A stretch of 64,000 nt of DNA from Octopus vulgaris. Taxonomy: Eukaryota. The position numbers and the translations under genes were made by a program. Location of the stretch: contig OX597820.1 in NCBI GenBank assembly GCA_951406725.2, forward strand, positions 48,112,001-48,176,000, in the 5' to 3' direction. The notes beneath the pieces are model-generated. The model saw nothing but the letters and a program-made list of their open reading frames with translations, was not told where the DNA came from and did not search any database. Numbering within the stretch: position 1 is the stretch's first letter; each line of letters begins with the position of its first letter. Positions 15,253 through 30,003 of the stretch are shown in pieces.

Positions 15253-15350
<98 letters not shown>

Positions 15351-15396
15351 TATATATATATACATATTTATATTATGTATATATACATATACATAC

Positions 15397-15439
<43 letters not shown>

Positions 15440-16197
15440 TCTCTTCTTTTCATATTTATTTATATTACATTTGTTATTGTTTTATTTTGTTCATATTTTC
15501 ACTTTTGTTTTTGTTTGTACTGTAATTACTGTTCCAAACATTATTGTTGCTTCGTCCACAAAATCGTACTTGTTATTGCTTTTGTTGTTGTTGCTGCTGT
15601 TTCACTATTGTTCTTTTCTTGCTTTCATCCATTAATATAGATTTATTTATCTTTATTATTACAATGGTTCGAATGACGCCAGCTACTGTTATTTATTTGT
15701 CCATGGGGTCGTGGTTTTGTTTCTGAAATAATCTATTGAACTTTCATACTAACAATTTCTCCTTTTTATTTAGTATTCTTTGTTCGTGGCTGAGTGTGTA
15801 TGTAGGAGGTGTGTATGCGTAGAATATCTGTATGCGTAGGATAACTGCATACACGAACAAACAAACACACAGAACCACAGACACACACACACACACACAT
15901 TAAAATATGTATGCATAACGTGTATATCACAATGTAATAGCTATAAGGTATATTGAAATTTATTTCACATACAGCAAACATTAAATAATATAGAACTCAA
16001 TACGCGTGGGAGAGTGGAGAATTCTGTATATGTATATTTTATGAAATTTTGACAGTCTACTTCTGAAATAATAAACCGGCCTATGTACATGTATGTAAAT
16101 ATATATGTGTGTGTGTGCGTGAGTGTGTGTGTGTATTTATATAAATATATATATGTATGTATGTATGTATGCATGTATGTATGTATGTATATATATA

Positions 16198-16252
<55 letters not shown>

Positions 16253-16604
16253 ATATGAGAAGATAAGATGACAAACGAACAAAAAATTATCGTATGAAAT
16301 TCATTAGCTTGTACTTGTTTCTGCTATAAGCTGCAGTAGACTCTTAACTGGGTGTCTGAGTAACAATATATATATATATATAAATGGAGTTTAACGCAGG
16401 TATAATTCATTTATTTAATTTAATTATTTATCCATATATTATACAAATTATATATTATACAATTATATATTATACAAAAAATTTCCACGTAAAACCGAAG
16501 TTACAACCTCTGTACTTGTGTAATTTTTTGCTACCCTGGTAACTATTTATCTATTTTTTCCCTGTTAGTTGTTAACAAGGGAAAAAGACACTCATCTATA
16601 TATA

Positions 16605-16836
16605 TATTGTCTGCTCCTTCTCGAGCCATGCCTGGCTCATAATGCCCGGTTTCCCGGTTTTCTTGCCGTAGAGGTTCTCCACCTGGACGGGACGTAAGTT
16701 TGCCATTACCCTCTGCCGGAGCCGCGTGGAGCTTAGGCGCTTCGCTCATAAACATACACATCGCCCGGTCTGACATTCGAACCCGCGATCCCTCGACCGC
16801 GATCCGCTGCTCTAACCACTAGGCCATGTGCCTCCA
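16605..16836 (-). mobile_element. tRNA-derived SINE
   Basis: Reverse complement ggcacatggcctagtggttagagcagcgg...gggttcgaat has Pol III A and B boxes. Tail shared with 53130-53200. Confidence 0.85.
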
Positions 16837-16999
16837 CACACACATACACACACATATATATATATATTTGTGTATATGTATGCATGTGTGTAGGTGTGTA
16901 TGTATGCGCGTAGAGATTGATAAACATATATGTGTGTATTTGTGTCCATATGTGTGTGTATCCATGTGTGTGTGTTTATTATGGTTAGGGCACTTGTGC

Positions 17000-17640
17000 G
17001 GTGTGTCGTGGGTACTCTACAAGTAACATGTACATCTCGGTCGTCGGTGACTAAACCGGTACACCAACTAGACCTACCTGATGAGAAGTGTTGCTAAAAA
17101 TCGAGCAGGACTAAAAACAAGGCCTTCCAAAAGGAGTAATAATCTATCTAGCCATAGCACGTACCCTCAGAAATTTCGAGATAGTGTCTGGCATGTTCTA
17201 AGACCACTGGGACTGATGTACCCACTAGCTTTTGTTAGAGCATGTCTCTGATTTGCTCTAACAAAAGATATGAAACCAAGTAAGTAGGAAATGAACATTT
17301 TGGGGAATTTATGCTTACGCTTGAGATCATAGCACTTCCTCATTCCTGAACGTGGAACTTACATTGGCACTGGATATCTTGCTCTAGATTATCTCTGGGT
17401 CATGTCAGTGTGCTGTTAAGTGTCTGTGAGGTGCTGTGCAAGTCTTATTCCACCTAAAATGTTAGATTGTGTAATCGCTGGCGAGGCGATTTTCGATGCC
17501 CGTTCTAGTCGAATAGCGCCGCAGCGTGCATGGAAGCCTCGGACGCGAACGTATCTAAAGCTGACTACGGCTGCACAAGAATACCTGGCATTTTGTATGG
17601 AACACGAGTGGTCTTCCTGGATCACAAGTGGTCAGCGATC
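17000..17640 (+). mobile_element. Decayed, internally deleted RTE-like LINE fragment
   Basis: ggtcgtcggtgactaaaccgg is homologous to the reverse complement of 27990-28030. The downstream part resembles an RTE C-terminus. The RTE assignment is from memory. Confidence 0.5.
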
Positions 17641-17802
17641 ATATATATATGCTATGAAAGTGTTATTCAGACACTCAATTAAGAGCCCACTGCATCTTAT
17701 AGCAGAAACAACAGTAAGCTAATGAATTTCATACGGTAATTGTTCGTTTCTCATGTCATCTTCTCACACACACATACACACACACACACATGCACACACA
17801 TA

Positions 17803-17844
<42 letters not shown>

Positions 17845-17979
17845 TACATATATGTATATATATATATATGCATAATATAGGTGCTTTAATCGGAGTATAT
17901 ATGTTATGATTTATTATTATATAATTATTATTGTATAAAAAATTACTTTCGCAGTTGCTTTTCTCCGGGTTTGTTTACA

Positions 17980-18046
<67 letters not shown>

Positions 18047-20660
18047 CATGTGTGTATATGTGTGTATATGCGTGTATGTGTGTGTATGTGCATATTAATG
18101 CGCAATCATACATATGTAAAGAAATATATGTATATATAGGAATATATATGTACATTTTGTACACATAAATGTAATCAGACACACACGTAAAAAAACCCAC
18201 AATTGAGTGTGTAAGAGAGAGAAAGGGGGAGAAAGAAAGAAGGAGAGAGAGAGAGATACAAAGATACATATCTCCACAATGCTACAAATTCTAATCCCAA
18301 ACACTTCGTCATGTAGCTTACATCCACGTTGGGACTACACTCTAGTCTTATGGTAATTCTGTGATCAGCTTTTAAAATATGTTCTAAAGGAAAAATCCAC
18401 AATGAAGCCCTGTCGAATGTTCCATGAGAATCGGTTCACAGCAAAGGTATTTTGCAACTCATGCTCTTTGAACTTCAAAAAACATAGAACTAAATATTCA
18501 TATCTAATAATTAAGACGCTGAAACTTTGGATCTCATCTACATGTCGATCTCTTATATATACATCACATCTATAACATTACCGAATTGTTTTTGTCTCCC
18601 CATATAATTCCACAGAACGAAGTCATTGGGGAATATGTTTTCTATTGAAACCTCAGATCAAGTTTGAGGTTCTTTGTGAAATAGGATAGATAAACGGAAA
18701 ACAGTCGAATAGAGAGTAACTGTCATTCACATTCAGTACCACTGCTTGACCTTTGGTTCTCTTTAGCGGAGTCCATTCAGTTGAAAGTATTCAGAGTAGT
18801 CCTTCGATCTGAGGATGACTTAGGATGTTTAATTTTCTCTCTATCCACTACAGATTGCAGAGGCCTTGAAAACAAGTCACTGGTTCTAATATTTTTACTG
18901 TAACTACGTTACAAATTCTGTACACATATCTGGGAGAGGGAGTTCTCGGAACTGCAGTCGCTTGAAACTCCTTTTCTTGTTTACATTTTTTCCTTACAGA
19001 TATTAATCAACATTAAAAAAATAATTGAAACTGAATATGTACCGCCACAACTCCATAGGTCTGCTACATTCTGAAAATGCTGTATTAGCGTAGAAATAGA
19101 CTTAAATTTGTATAAGTCCTTCTGGGATTGAAGCACACAGAGTTAAAATATTGTGTGGTTTGAAACAGTATATTGCTAATACTTCATACCAAAATATACT
19201 GTTATGTATGAATAAATGGACAGTGAACAAATGGAAGTTGTACTACATGCTCTGTTGACCTGCGAGAAAAATTTTCCACATATCTCTCATATGGCTATCT
19301 ACTCACAAAAGCATATTGAATAACATAGCTTCAGATAAACTACGAAAATGCAGAACGGACACAGAATGCTTTTCATCATGTGTCTGCTTGACCAAATCTG
19401 ACCTGTGGCTAAATTATACTGAAGAGAAAAAAATGCACCAATGTATATTATCTTGTCTACCACTAATATGTTGACTGCAATAACATTTACATTTGTACCT
19501 GGATACACTTCGCTTACATGAAGAAAAATTGTTTCCATTTAATTACATAATTTTAGACACTGGCATAAAATGAGATTGTTTCCAAAGAAGCAGCTGGTAA
19601 GGACATGTATTTCGATTACAGTTTATGGTGACAGGTAGACGAGGAATAAATCCTTTTCTACGAAGCGGATTTTGTACAATTCCCGATAGCACTTCAGAAT
19701 TAAGTGTGCTACTTGAATAATTCCTAATAAGACGCTAGCGACAGATTTGAATCCGAAACATTAGAACTGATAGTATAATTCTATCTAATTTACATTTTTG
19801 TCTGAAAGCTTTCAAGACATCGTACCTGATGACATACATTTTAGCAGGTAAACAAACGTGTATTGTGTAATATAATAGATTGAACATAGGGTCTGTAGCA
19901 CTGATGGGTAGTACAATATAATATTGTACTGTTTAATTGTGTTACTTTCGTACAGAGTAGCATAGTGAAGTTGACCGAAGATATGTAATAAAACATGTTA
20001 TCTGCAGCAGCACAGTCTAAGATAGTAAAATCTCTTAAAGTAATCCTAGAAGAATAGAATAATTCCAACACAAAACAATTTACCAAAAAAGAAATATTTG
20101 CAAAATACTTAAATATGACTAAAAACAGGAAACATATTACAATTTAACATTCAGTCTACTGTCTGTACATTATTCGTTGGACGTGGCGCCAGTTTCCAGA
20201 CATTTCAAAAGTTAATGCTCTTTCAAAACTTTCCTATTGCTCTATATTTTCCATTGTAACGTGCACTTATAGAAACTTTTGGTGCCCTCTGCTTCTAGAC
20301 AGCTGTTAGCTACTTCAAATTTATCTTCCTTTTCTTCATGATCATCAATGGAAATATTTCCATTGCCATAGGAGGTCAAACAGTCTCTATGTGGTATATA
20401 AAAATACTATCATGGTTGTAAGTTTTAAACTGTAGCAATGCTACCTACAAAACCATTTGACTTTCAATCGTTGACATTTTAAAATTTACCGTATTTCTAA
20501 CGGAGAACAGTTTACCTTCTATTAAAATATTACCAGCGAACACATGCTCAAAAACAAAAAAGAAAAGAGACTTCTAACGTAGATCAAATCCAGATGTTTT
20601 ATATAGATTAGAAAGAAAAAACACTTCCGGTCATATGGTCTGCATTCTTCACTCAATATA

Positions 20661-20695
<35 letters not shown>

Positions 20696-20929
20696 AACAG
20701 GATATTATAGCGACTAGGAATTTATATCGTGACACGGTCTTGCTACAGTCTTTTCTAAAAACGTCCGGTCTCGAAAACTAAATATCACTCAGCTAGCTAC
20801 AAATGTTCAGTTACTTAGTGCATGTAATCACAGTAATTGCATTTAAGCATCATACGCAAAGTCCTACCTAATAAACATTGGCAATCAAATAACCTCTAGT
20901 AGTTGTATATATATATAATCGTTCTAAAT

Positions 20930-21236
20930 CAGGGGATCTCAAACGTTTTTGTCCATGGACTCATTTGATTCTCATTTTCTTTGGGTAGTCCTTTGATGTT
21001 TTTATAATTAAAAACTAGTAGGAATTGTATAAAGGTAATTGTTAAAATATTTTGTGCGTTGTGGACGTATGACCAAGTTATTGCAAATACACTTTACTAG
21101 TCTCAAGCACAACTTTTACATGGAACCTGAAAAATTACCGTGAACCACCAACTTATATAGTATCCATGGATTCCGTCCACAAATATATCTTATCTAGACC
21201 CCGGGGTCTATGTGGACCCCCGGTTGAGAGCTCCTG
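20930..21236. mobile_element. hAT (Charlie-like) MITE with perfect 8-bp TSD
   Basis: Termini caggggatctcaa / ttgagagctcctg; TSD ttctaaat at 20922-20929 and 21237-21244. Confidence 0.9.
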
Positions 21237-21456
21237 TTCTAAATAAATGATTTGCAAATGAATTGAAATAACATTGTTTTCTTCTGAATTATTCCTCTAA
21301 AGGAAAGTTATTTTCTAACAAAACAAGCCGTGTATCTCTATTGCACACTTCGTTACAATTAACTTCTTTACTATTGTCGACTACATTCAATGTCTGATAA
21401 TAAATGAGAACGTATCAGTGGGCTAGCAATATAGCAAGAGAGAAGGGGGAACGTTG

Positions 21457-21692
21457 AGGCGGCGACCTGGCAGAAACGTTAGCACACCGGGCGAAATGCT
21501 TAGCAGTATTTCGTCTGCCGCTACGTTCTGAGTTCAAATTCCACCGAGGTCGACTTTGCCTTTCATCCTTTCGGGGTCGATTAAATAAGTACCAGTTACG
21601 CACTGGGGTCGATGTAATCGACTTAATCCGTTTGCTTGGCCTTGTTTGTCCCCTCTATGTTTAGCCCCTTGTGGGGCAATAAAGAAATAAGA
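21457..21692 (+). mobile_element. tRNA-derived CORE-type SINE (octopus OR-like), near full length
   Basis: ggcggcgacctggcagaaacgttagc...gagttcaaattcc (B box)...gcctttcatcctttcggggtcga (CORE-like)...aataaagaaataag tail. Confidence 0.85.
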
Positions 21693-21899
21693 CAGAAGGG
21701 GAAACAACTACTAATTGAGGTAAGGGTAAAGGAACATAAAGGCTATATGGATCTGATTTTGTCTACACCTACACTGGAAGAATTTCACAACTAGGATGAA
21801 CAACCACATCCAGAAATAAGGTAAAATCGAGTCGATTCAAGAGTGTGATTTCCTTATCAGGTTTATAGCCAACAGGCGATAAATGTGACTTCAAACGAT

Positions 21900-22325
21900 T
21901 TCAAATTTTGGCACAAGGCCAGAAGTTTTGTGGCGATGAGGTTAGTCGATTGCATTGAACCCAGTGATCCTTAGGTACTTATTTTATCACTCTTGAAGGA
22001 TAAAACGTCAAGCCAACCTCGGTAGAATTTGAATTCAGGATACAAAGGACCGGATGAAGAGCCAGTAAGCGTTTTGTCTGATGTTGTAAAGATTCTGAAA
22101 ATTCGCCACCTTATGTTACACTATAATAATTCCTTCTGCTATTGGGGAAAGCCTGAAACATTGGAAGAGAGTGGATTAGTCATTAACATCGCCCTCCAGT
22201 ATCCGACTGATACTTATTATATTCGGCCCGAAAGGATGAAAAGCAAAATCGAAAATCAAGGTCGGAAATAATGTCAGTAAGCATTATTTGTCTGGTGCAG
22301 TGACAATTCTGTCAGCTCACCACCC
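21900..22325 (-). mobile_element. Two adjacent degenerate copies of the CORE-type SINE
   Basis: ggcacaaggcc...ggtacttattttatc...cctcggtagaatttgaattcag, and cccgaaaggatgaaaagcaaaatcga...tcagctcaccacc. Confidence 0.65.
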
Positions 22326-23275
22326 ATTTATCAGACCGTAGTAACTGAAAACTCCAGGGTGGAAACTGGGAGCAAGCTAGTCGGAAATGCGTATATACAT
22401 GGTGGATGCCTACTCTTTATACAGAGTTTGTCTAACTCTTGTACTTACACCTTAGATCTATCATGGCGTCTGATGTGACCTTTTAAATCGGACAATGTTT
22501 TGAAAAGATATCGACACAAATTGCACATCTGCTTTGAACCAACAAGAGCTGCAGTTAAGTTCTGATTTTCGAGGATCTTAAAATACCTTTTGAAGCCTCC
22601 GTTAGAATTGCAGACCCTATAGCATATACGGCATTGACAGATATCTACAGATAGATAGACACAGTAGTTAATGGATGTTCATTTGTTATAGGTCTGCTAA
22701 TGAGATTTCAGCCCATCAAAAGAAAGGCATGGTCTGTCACAAATTGTGCACACAAAAACGTTATTGGGGTTAATTTTCTCCTTGATCATAGTATTTTTAA
22801 GAAAAAAATTCTTTTGACTTTCGCATAGGTCGTCCTGATTTCTTCACTCCACTTTCACTCCACTCCACACATACATACATACATACATACATACATACAT
22901 ACATACATACATACATACATACATACATACATACATACATGCATATATACATATATGTGTGTGTATATACACAGAATGCGTTTAGTGTTACAATCCAAGC
23001 TGTGTCCTCATGAAGCACATTTGTGTATTCCAATACTCCATAATCGTTCGTAGATGTTATACTTGTGTGAGGTGTGTATAAAATATGAAAAATACTGGAA
23101 AATATATGCAGACCTCGGTAGCTAGAGTTACATAGATAGTGAGAAAGAGAGGGCGAAAGAGAAGGAGTGAGTGGAGGAAAGAGAAGAAACCGGAGCAATA
23201 AGTAGGACAACAAGTAGGACTCATCGTGAACACTCAGACATATGTCAATGGTGTGGGGTGTAGCGTAGTCTAACA

Positions 23276-23320
<45 letters not shown>

Positions 23321-23984
23321 AATATTCTGATTGGGTGATCTTATTGGGCAACAATAAAAATGTACCTGATCATTAGAAAAGTAATCTATATATTCGTGTA
23401 TTGTCTCCTTATAGCATAGGCAGTGCTTTCAGCTCTAGCTCTCACAGAAGAAAGACGTGGTTAGGAAAGAAGGCGGGAGGAAGATACTTTAAAAAAGAAG
23501 AATGACTAAAAAATATATGAGCAATATCGAGGAATTGTAAGAGGAGTGTTTGAAGGAGGAATACTGAAAGAGATGAGTGCGGAAACAATCTCAGATGAGA
23601 TCCAGAGGCAATCAAGTGAAATGGTAAGAAGGAAAGGGGTAAATAATACAAATGGAAAAAGGCGAGGATTATTGCTCGGAAGAGATGGGAGAAAGTAAGA
23701 GGTGATACTCGAGGTGGTATAAATAGGAGTGGATATGGAGGGAGAGACAGTTCTGGAGGTGGAAGCGATAAGAAAGAAGAAGGTGGCACAGTAAGATTTC
23801 GAGAAAGACTAAATGAAAGGGGTGGGGAATAGAAATTGGGGTCAACCAGTGTCCCCCTTCGTATTTATCAAGTCGGGGTTGAATAAGCAAAGTGAATATG
23901 AAAGAACATTATTTATGGATGGTAGGAAAGATGCGTTATTAGTGCATTGTGATAGCGTGCAAGTACACACACACACATACACAC

Positions 23985-24110
<126 letters not shown>

Positions 24111-24210
24111 ATATGTGTGTGTGAGTGTACACGCATTCAAGTAAACACATAAATCCAGAACAAGGTGGAAAAGATAATACTCGAATACATAAGGTAGAGT
24201 AATATGCTTT

Positions 24211-24350
24211 TTATTAAAGCTGCAAGATTTTGACAAAACTGCTCCTCAGTTTTTCACATCCCCGTTCGTCGAGCAGTTGTGATGAATACTCACGATTGAC
24301 TGACGAATGGCAATGTGAGACTAACAGTTTTGTGAATTTTTTGCTTTTTG
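24211..24350. repeat. Short palindromic element with two head-to-head decayed hammerheads
   Basis: Minus: aactgc TCGACGA acg ggga tgt GAAAA actgagga gcagtt. Plus: CTGACGA atg gcaa tgt GAGAC taacagtt. The flanks are reverse complementary (acaaaactg / cagttttgt). Confidence 0.55.
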
Positions 24351-24364
24351 CAGTAATAGTAACG

Positions 24365-24580
24365 ATAATCCTTTACTACTATTATAGGCACAAGACCTGA
24401 AATTTTGAGGAAGGGGACCAGTCGATTATAATCGACACCAGTGGTTCACTGGTACTTAATTTAATTGACTTCGAAAGAATGAAAGGCAACTTCAACCTCG
24501 ATGGAATTTTGAACTCTGAACGCAGCGACGGGCGATATACTGCTAAGAACTTCGTCCAGCATGCTAACAATTCTACCTTA
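24365..24580 (-). mobile_element. CORE-type SINE
   Basis: ggcacaagacctgaaattttg...ctggtacttaatttaattgacttcgaaagaatgaaaggcaac...ttgaactctgaacg. Confidence 0.75.
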
Positions 24581-24595
24581 CTACTTCTGCTGTTG

Positions 24596-24678
<83 letters not shown>

Positions 24679-24904
24679 CCTTTCTACTGTAAACACAAAA
24701 CCTGAAATTTTTGCTGAGGGGGTAAGTCGCATAAATTTGGTAGAAGCACTGGACAATATGGAAAAGTCTGCTCGATTACATCGAGTCCACTTCTTTCATT
24801 CATTCGTGAAACTCTCAGCCCCTGAGTCACGTTGTTCCTTCTTCGGATTAAAGATTGATTAGATAAATATGTATGCATACATACATACATACATACATAT
24901 ATAC

Positions 24905-25010
<106 letters not shown>

Positions 25011-26616
25011 GTCTGTCTTACTGTTTGTCTATATATATAAATATATGCGTATATGTGTTTGTACATATATATATATATATATATATAAGTATATATTTAT
25101 GTGTGTGTATGTATATATATATATACACACACACACGCAAACACACAAACGCATACCCTCACACACACACACACTCGCACACGCACACACATTGAGCAAG
25201 TGCAGTCAGCATCCTACATAGAAACACCTGGTCATGTGACAAATAAGCATTAAGCCAAAGTTCTGTTACGTTTGAAACAATGATGGCGAATAGTGGTTAA
25301 GTTGTTAATGCTTCGGTGAAAATGCCTAGCCGTGTACATTTAGAATTTAAAATTTCGTTGGAATTCCTCAATAATTAATAAAAAAGTAAAGTACTAGTGA
25401 ACTACTAGGACTTGACATGAAAGGAAAACACCCGCCAGAAAATTAGTAGGTCTTATGCCTGTAATCGAAATTTTGATAGCAATCTTATATATTTGTCGAT
25501 AATGTCGACTATCAACCGGTACTTTAGTTTAGGTAGAAAAATAAAAATAAAAATAAAAATCTACATAATAATCACAACAAAAAAACAATATTTTCCTTAC
25601 TGTCCGTCTGACCGTCTGAGTTAAAAGACCTCTCAGTGACCCAGGGTGGGAGATGGTGGGATGAAAAAATTAACTCGTCATTCCAAGACTCAGCTACAAG
25701 ATCTGACACAGAGAAAGACATCAAAGGATGTCATATTCTTTGCTTTGATTATTTCCTTCTTTTGCTTTGTTGTTTTAATATCGCTGTTACAGTATGTTAG
25801 AGATTGTGCGTTCGTGCACACACTTGTGTGTATACATATCTTTGCAAATGTGTTTACGTTATGTGCTACTGTGGCTATATGAGTGTACGACTGCGTGTGT
25901 GTATTTATTTGTGCATATGTATGTAAAATTTCATCGTTTATGTGTACGTATATTACGCTGTCTGTATACGTATATATGTTCATTGTGTATATTTATATCT
26001 TGTATATTTTATTGCGTATTAACGTATGTATTTTTGTTTGTGTGCATGTGTGTGAATATGCGTGCTTTTTTTTGTATTTGTGGGTGAGGAAATTCCTTTT
26101 ATCCTGTGTGTGCATGCGTGTTTCTGTTATTCTAAATATCTGTTTATGCGTTGTGTGTATTTGTATTTCTGTGTGCGTTTGTGTATGTGTATAAGTGTGT
26201 ATATTTGTGTATGGTTTGTGTGTGTCTTTGCATATGTATGTATAAATCTTTTTGTTCTTCTGCGAGCGTTTGTTTTTGTGTTTATACGTGTACTCATTCG
26301 TGTATGTAGGTGCTTTTTTTCTCAATGTGTTTGTGTTACATTCTCGTGATCTTTTGGAGATTTGAGCAAATAGTTGTTATATTTGAAACAATTAATTCAG
26401 TAAAGGTTAAATAGCAAAGGGGCGATAAGAAAGGATAAAGGGAGGGGCTTCAAGTTCAAATAGCATTGAAGTAATATAAATCTTAAGATTTATATTACTT
26501 CAAGAAATTGAATTTAACAAGAAAGATGAAAATAAAAAAAATATTATAGTACAAAACCTGTTAAGTAGTCGTTTGAGTGAGATGATACACATATATACAT
26601 CACTTTCGCTTTCCCC

Positions 26617-26660
<44 letters not shown>

Positions 26661-26669
26661 ATCTATCTT

Positions 26670-26738
<69 letters not shown>

Positions 26739-27487
26739 TTCACTGATTTTTTCCCTCATTTATTTACGTATTTTATGTTATTTGCACCGTTGGTGAGGTC
26801 CTGTACCCATATATGCATGTATATCGCAGCGCACGTGCACCAATCCATTTATGTTTGTCATATCTCCACTATTGCACGATGTCTTCCACTTTAAACTTCC
26901 CCTTCATCATCCACCATTGCTTCTTCCTCAAGGAATTTTGGCGCCTCTTTACCAAGCTATTTTGGCGCCCCTTCCTCTCACCCTCTTTAATTCTTTCTTT
27001 CTCTCTCTCTCTCTTGGTCATTTCTCGGCCCTCCTCAATCCCCCCTCTCTTTTCTCTCTCACCTTCTTGCAAACCTACTACTGCTAAGCCATTCCACTGC
27101 TGGCACTGGTTCGTACTACACGTCTTCTCTACCGAAAAGGTAACCACTTCCCACGCTGCTGATCAATTGTTTTGTCTCATTTTGTCTCAAAGTCGTATGA
27201 CGCCCCCGTATCATTCCTGTTTTTATTCGTTACTGTAAATTTTATCTTCGTCTCTTGTTTTCCTGTTCGTCTCGACTGTCACATTCTTTCCTTCTACCAT
27301 GCAAATCTAATGCCCATAGCTTAGCTTTTGCCTTGGGGCTGGCCTTTTCGGTGCAAATTTCAGAATTAAACAGCCGAAATTTGCCATGATGAATCGGTGT
27401 CTGACTGAAGAATGAAGGCTCTGAATTACTGTCCGTTTTTCCGTGTTTGTCAATTCGTGAATTTCACGTCCTTTATATATAAGTTTT

Positions 27488-27529
<42 letters not shown>

Positions 27530-27530
<1 letters not shown>

Positions 27531-28082
27531 TGGCTGCCCCCTCGTTATGGCGTATGGCCATTGCACGAAGCTTAATCAATGTTGTTATCGTGCAATGCCT
27601 GTGCAAGACGATTTTTTTAAAGTGAGGAAAGGCTGTGCACTGAGTCAATCCAACTCACTAAGCAACAGCAGTCATAATCCAAAAAGAAGAACAAGTCAAC
27701 ATCATCGGTAACCACTGAGCCGCAGGTTTCATGCCAGAGTTATCCCAGTTACCTGAGTTACCTTCTCCTAGAAGGATGCCCTAACAAAGGCTAGGAGTCC
27801 TTCACTGCCAATGGTTTAACCGCGCGATCCAGTATTCAGTCCGATTATTTGTATGTCCCCGCGCATAATACAGCCTTAAGACATTTATTGGATGGCCGTT
27901 GACTCTCAAGAGTTCCTCCGCCCTTTGACGGTTTTTGTTTTTCATCCCGCAGGGTGTCCAATAAACACCCTCCTCACCAAGCAAGCTTGGTGGGGTTGCC
28001 GGTTTAGTCGCCGACGACCCGACCATGCAACAGGTTGTACTGGACTACATGTTACCAGTAGCACTCGAAAGTGACCTGACAT
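27530..28082 (-). mobile_element. RTE-like LINE 5' region fragment
   Basis: GC-rich non-coding block homologous to 17020-17130. The family is assigned from memory of octopus RTE 5' UTRs. Confidence 0.5.
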
Positions 28083-28102
28083 AATATATATACATACACA
28101 CA

Positions 28103-28217
<115 letters not shown>

Positions 28218-29441
28218 GAGCACTCCGTCGGTTACGATGACAAGGGTCCCAGCTGATACGATCAACGGGACAGCTTGCATATGGTAGATTGAATAGCGCT
28301 TCGAGAAAATTGTTTTGTGAAAAAGTTAATTTGCTTTTTACATTCTTAATTTATATCTCGCCACGATCAATGTTGATCTAACGTTTTTAGGATCGATAGG
28401 TAAACAACGAGATAAAATGGAAAACGCGACAAATTAACACAGAGAAAGGACCTTTCAACAGTTGTCGGCTGCCTATCTACTCTTCATTTCGAGCATTCAA
28501 CGACAATATGAGAAAGTTGCTCCCGTAAGTTCTAACATAAAAATTTAGGATTTATGGAGGGTCAAAGTTGGGAACAAAAAAAAAATAACTGACAGCGGAG
28601 ACATACAAGGAAGTCGAACGAAAACATACATAATGGCACACGCACACACCCGCACATAGACGTACGCACACACACACACACACACATGCATGCGAGCGCA
28701 CACTCACGCATGCACACATTCTATTAGAAGGCTCAATACGAAACAAAACTTATTCATAATATCAGTCCAATTCATATACAATACTTGAATATTATCACAA
28801 ATATAAGCAGAACAGATTTATATCTTGAGAGGGCAATTTTGCCAAGGTGTACAGATACGGAAACAAAAGCTGTTATATATCTTTTATAGTGATATAAATA
28901 CACAAACCAACACCACACACGTTTCCTTCTGTGAGTGTATGCGTGTATTTCTTTCATCTCTCCTTCACTTCTCTACAATTCCATCGCATGGGATATCTTT
29001 TGTTTCGTTTTCTCAGTTTAGTCAATTAAAATGTTCTCATCGAATGCAACTTTCTACCCCATCACTGCCCATCACTGCTTACAGCGACAATAATCTCCGC
29101 TCTTATTTATGTATTCTACCAAATCTTAATCACCACCATTTAATAACAGCAGCAATCGAGCCCTCGGGGTGCTTAATGTACTGAATACCCCTTTGATATC
29201 TTTGAGGTTTGGCAAATTTCTTTTCGCTGAAGTGTGAAATTTGAAAAAAAAAAGAGAAAAAATGAAAAAAGAAATCGAAATCTACTCGCTAATTTTAATA
29301 CGAAACGAGACAAAACAACCAAAAACTAAGATGCGATACTGTACATTCAAGCTTTCCTTCTTTTTTTCTTTCTTCCTTCCTTTCTTTCTGTCTTTCTTTC
29401 TGTCTTCTTCCTTTCTTTCTTTCTTTTCTTCTTTCTGTCTG

Positions 29442-29485
<44 letters not shown>

Positions 29486-29561
29486 TCATTATTCCGTCCA
29501 TCCGTCCGTTTCGTTATCTTCTGTCTTTCATTATCTATCCGTCCATCCGTCCGTTCGTCTA

Positions 29562-29640
<79 letters not shown>

Positions 29641-29653
29641 GCCTGCCTGTCTG

Positions 29654-29732
<79 letters not shown>

Positions 29733-29931
29733 GTCTATCTATCTGCCTGTCTGTCCATCTATCTCCATCACTGCCAACATGTAGCAGCATGCAGCGTACA
29801 AAACACGTGTAATAAAACAATGCTGTTGGATAACTACAATAGAAAGGACAATGAGTTCAGCAATGAGAATTCCCGTTCGGCATGCTAGAAATAGTAACCA
29901 AATTTCCTGATGATGATGGTGAAGTTGACGT

Positions 29932-30003
<72 letters not shown>

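Larger units (their letters stand above)
16258..17765. repeat. Diverged ~105-bp inverted repeats (16258-16365 and 17660-17765) enclosing a SINE and an RTE fragment
   Basis: cgtatgaaattcattagctt...gtttctgctataagctgcagt versus actgcatcttatagcagaaac...aagctaatgaatttcatacg. Confidence 0.8.

Noticed and set aside
16760-16836. tRNA-like sequences here and at 33372, 42455 and 53300
   Set aside because: They run into SINE bodies and lack a complete cloverleaf, so they are SINE heads rather than tRNA genes.
17078-17125. CTGATGAG suggesting a hammerhead
   Set aside because: No GAAA or helix III follows. It aligns with ttggtgagg in the homologous RTE-like fragment near 27975, so it is a chance decay product.
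18280-20600. Long non-repetitive-looking stretch with polypyrimidine-AG sites (18852, 18999) as possible exons
   Set aside because: No convincing open exon with a donor site or recognisable protein motif; needs RNA-seq.
27990-28082. Possible HDV-like ribozyme at the 5' end of the RTE-like fragment (and at the R4 5' end near 40050)
   Set aside because: I could not build the nested double pseudoknot by eye; an RNAMotif search would be needed.
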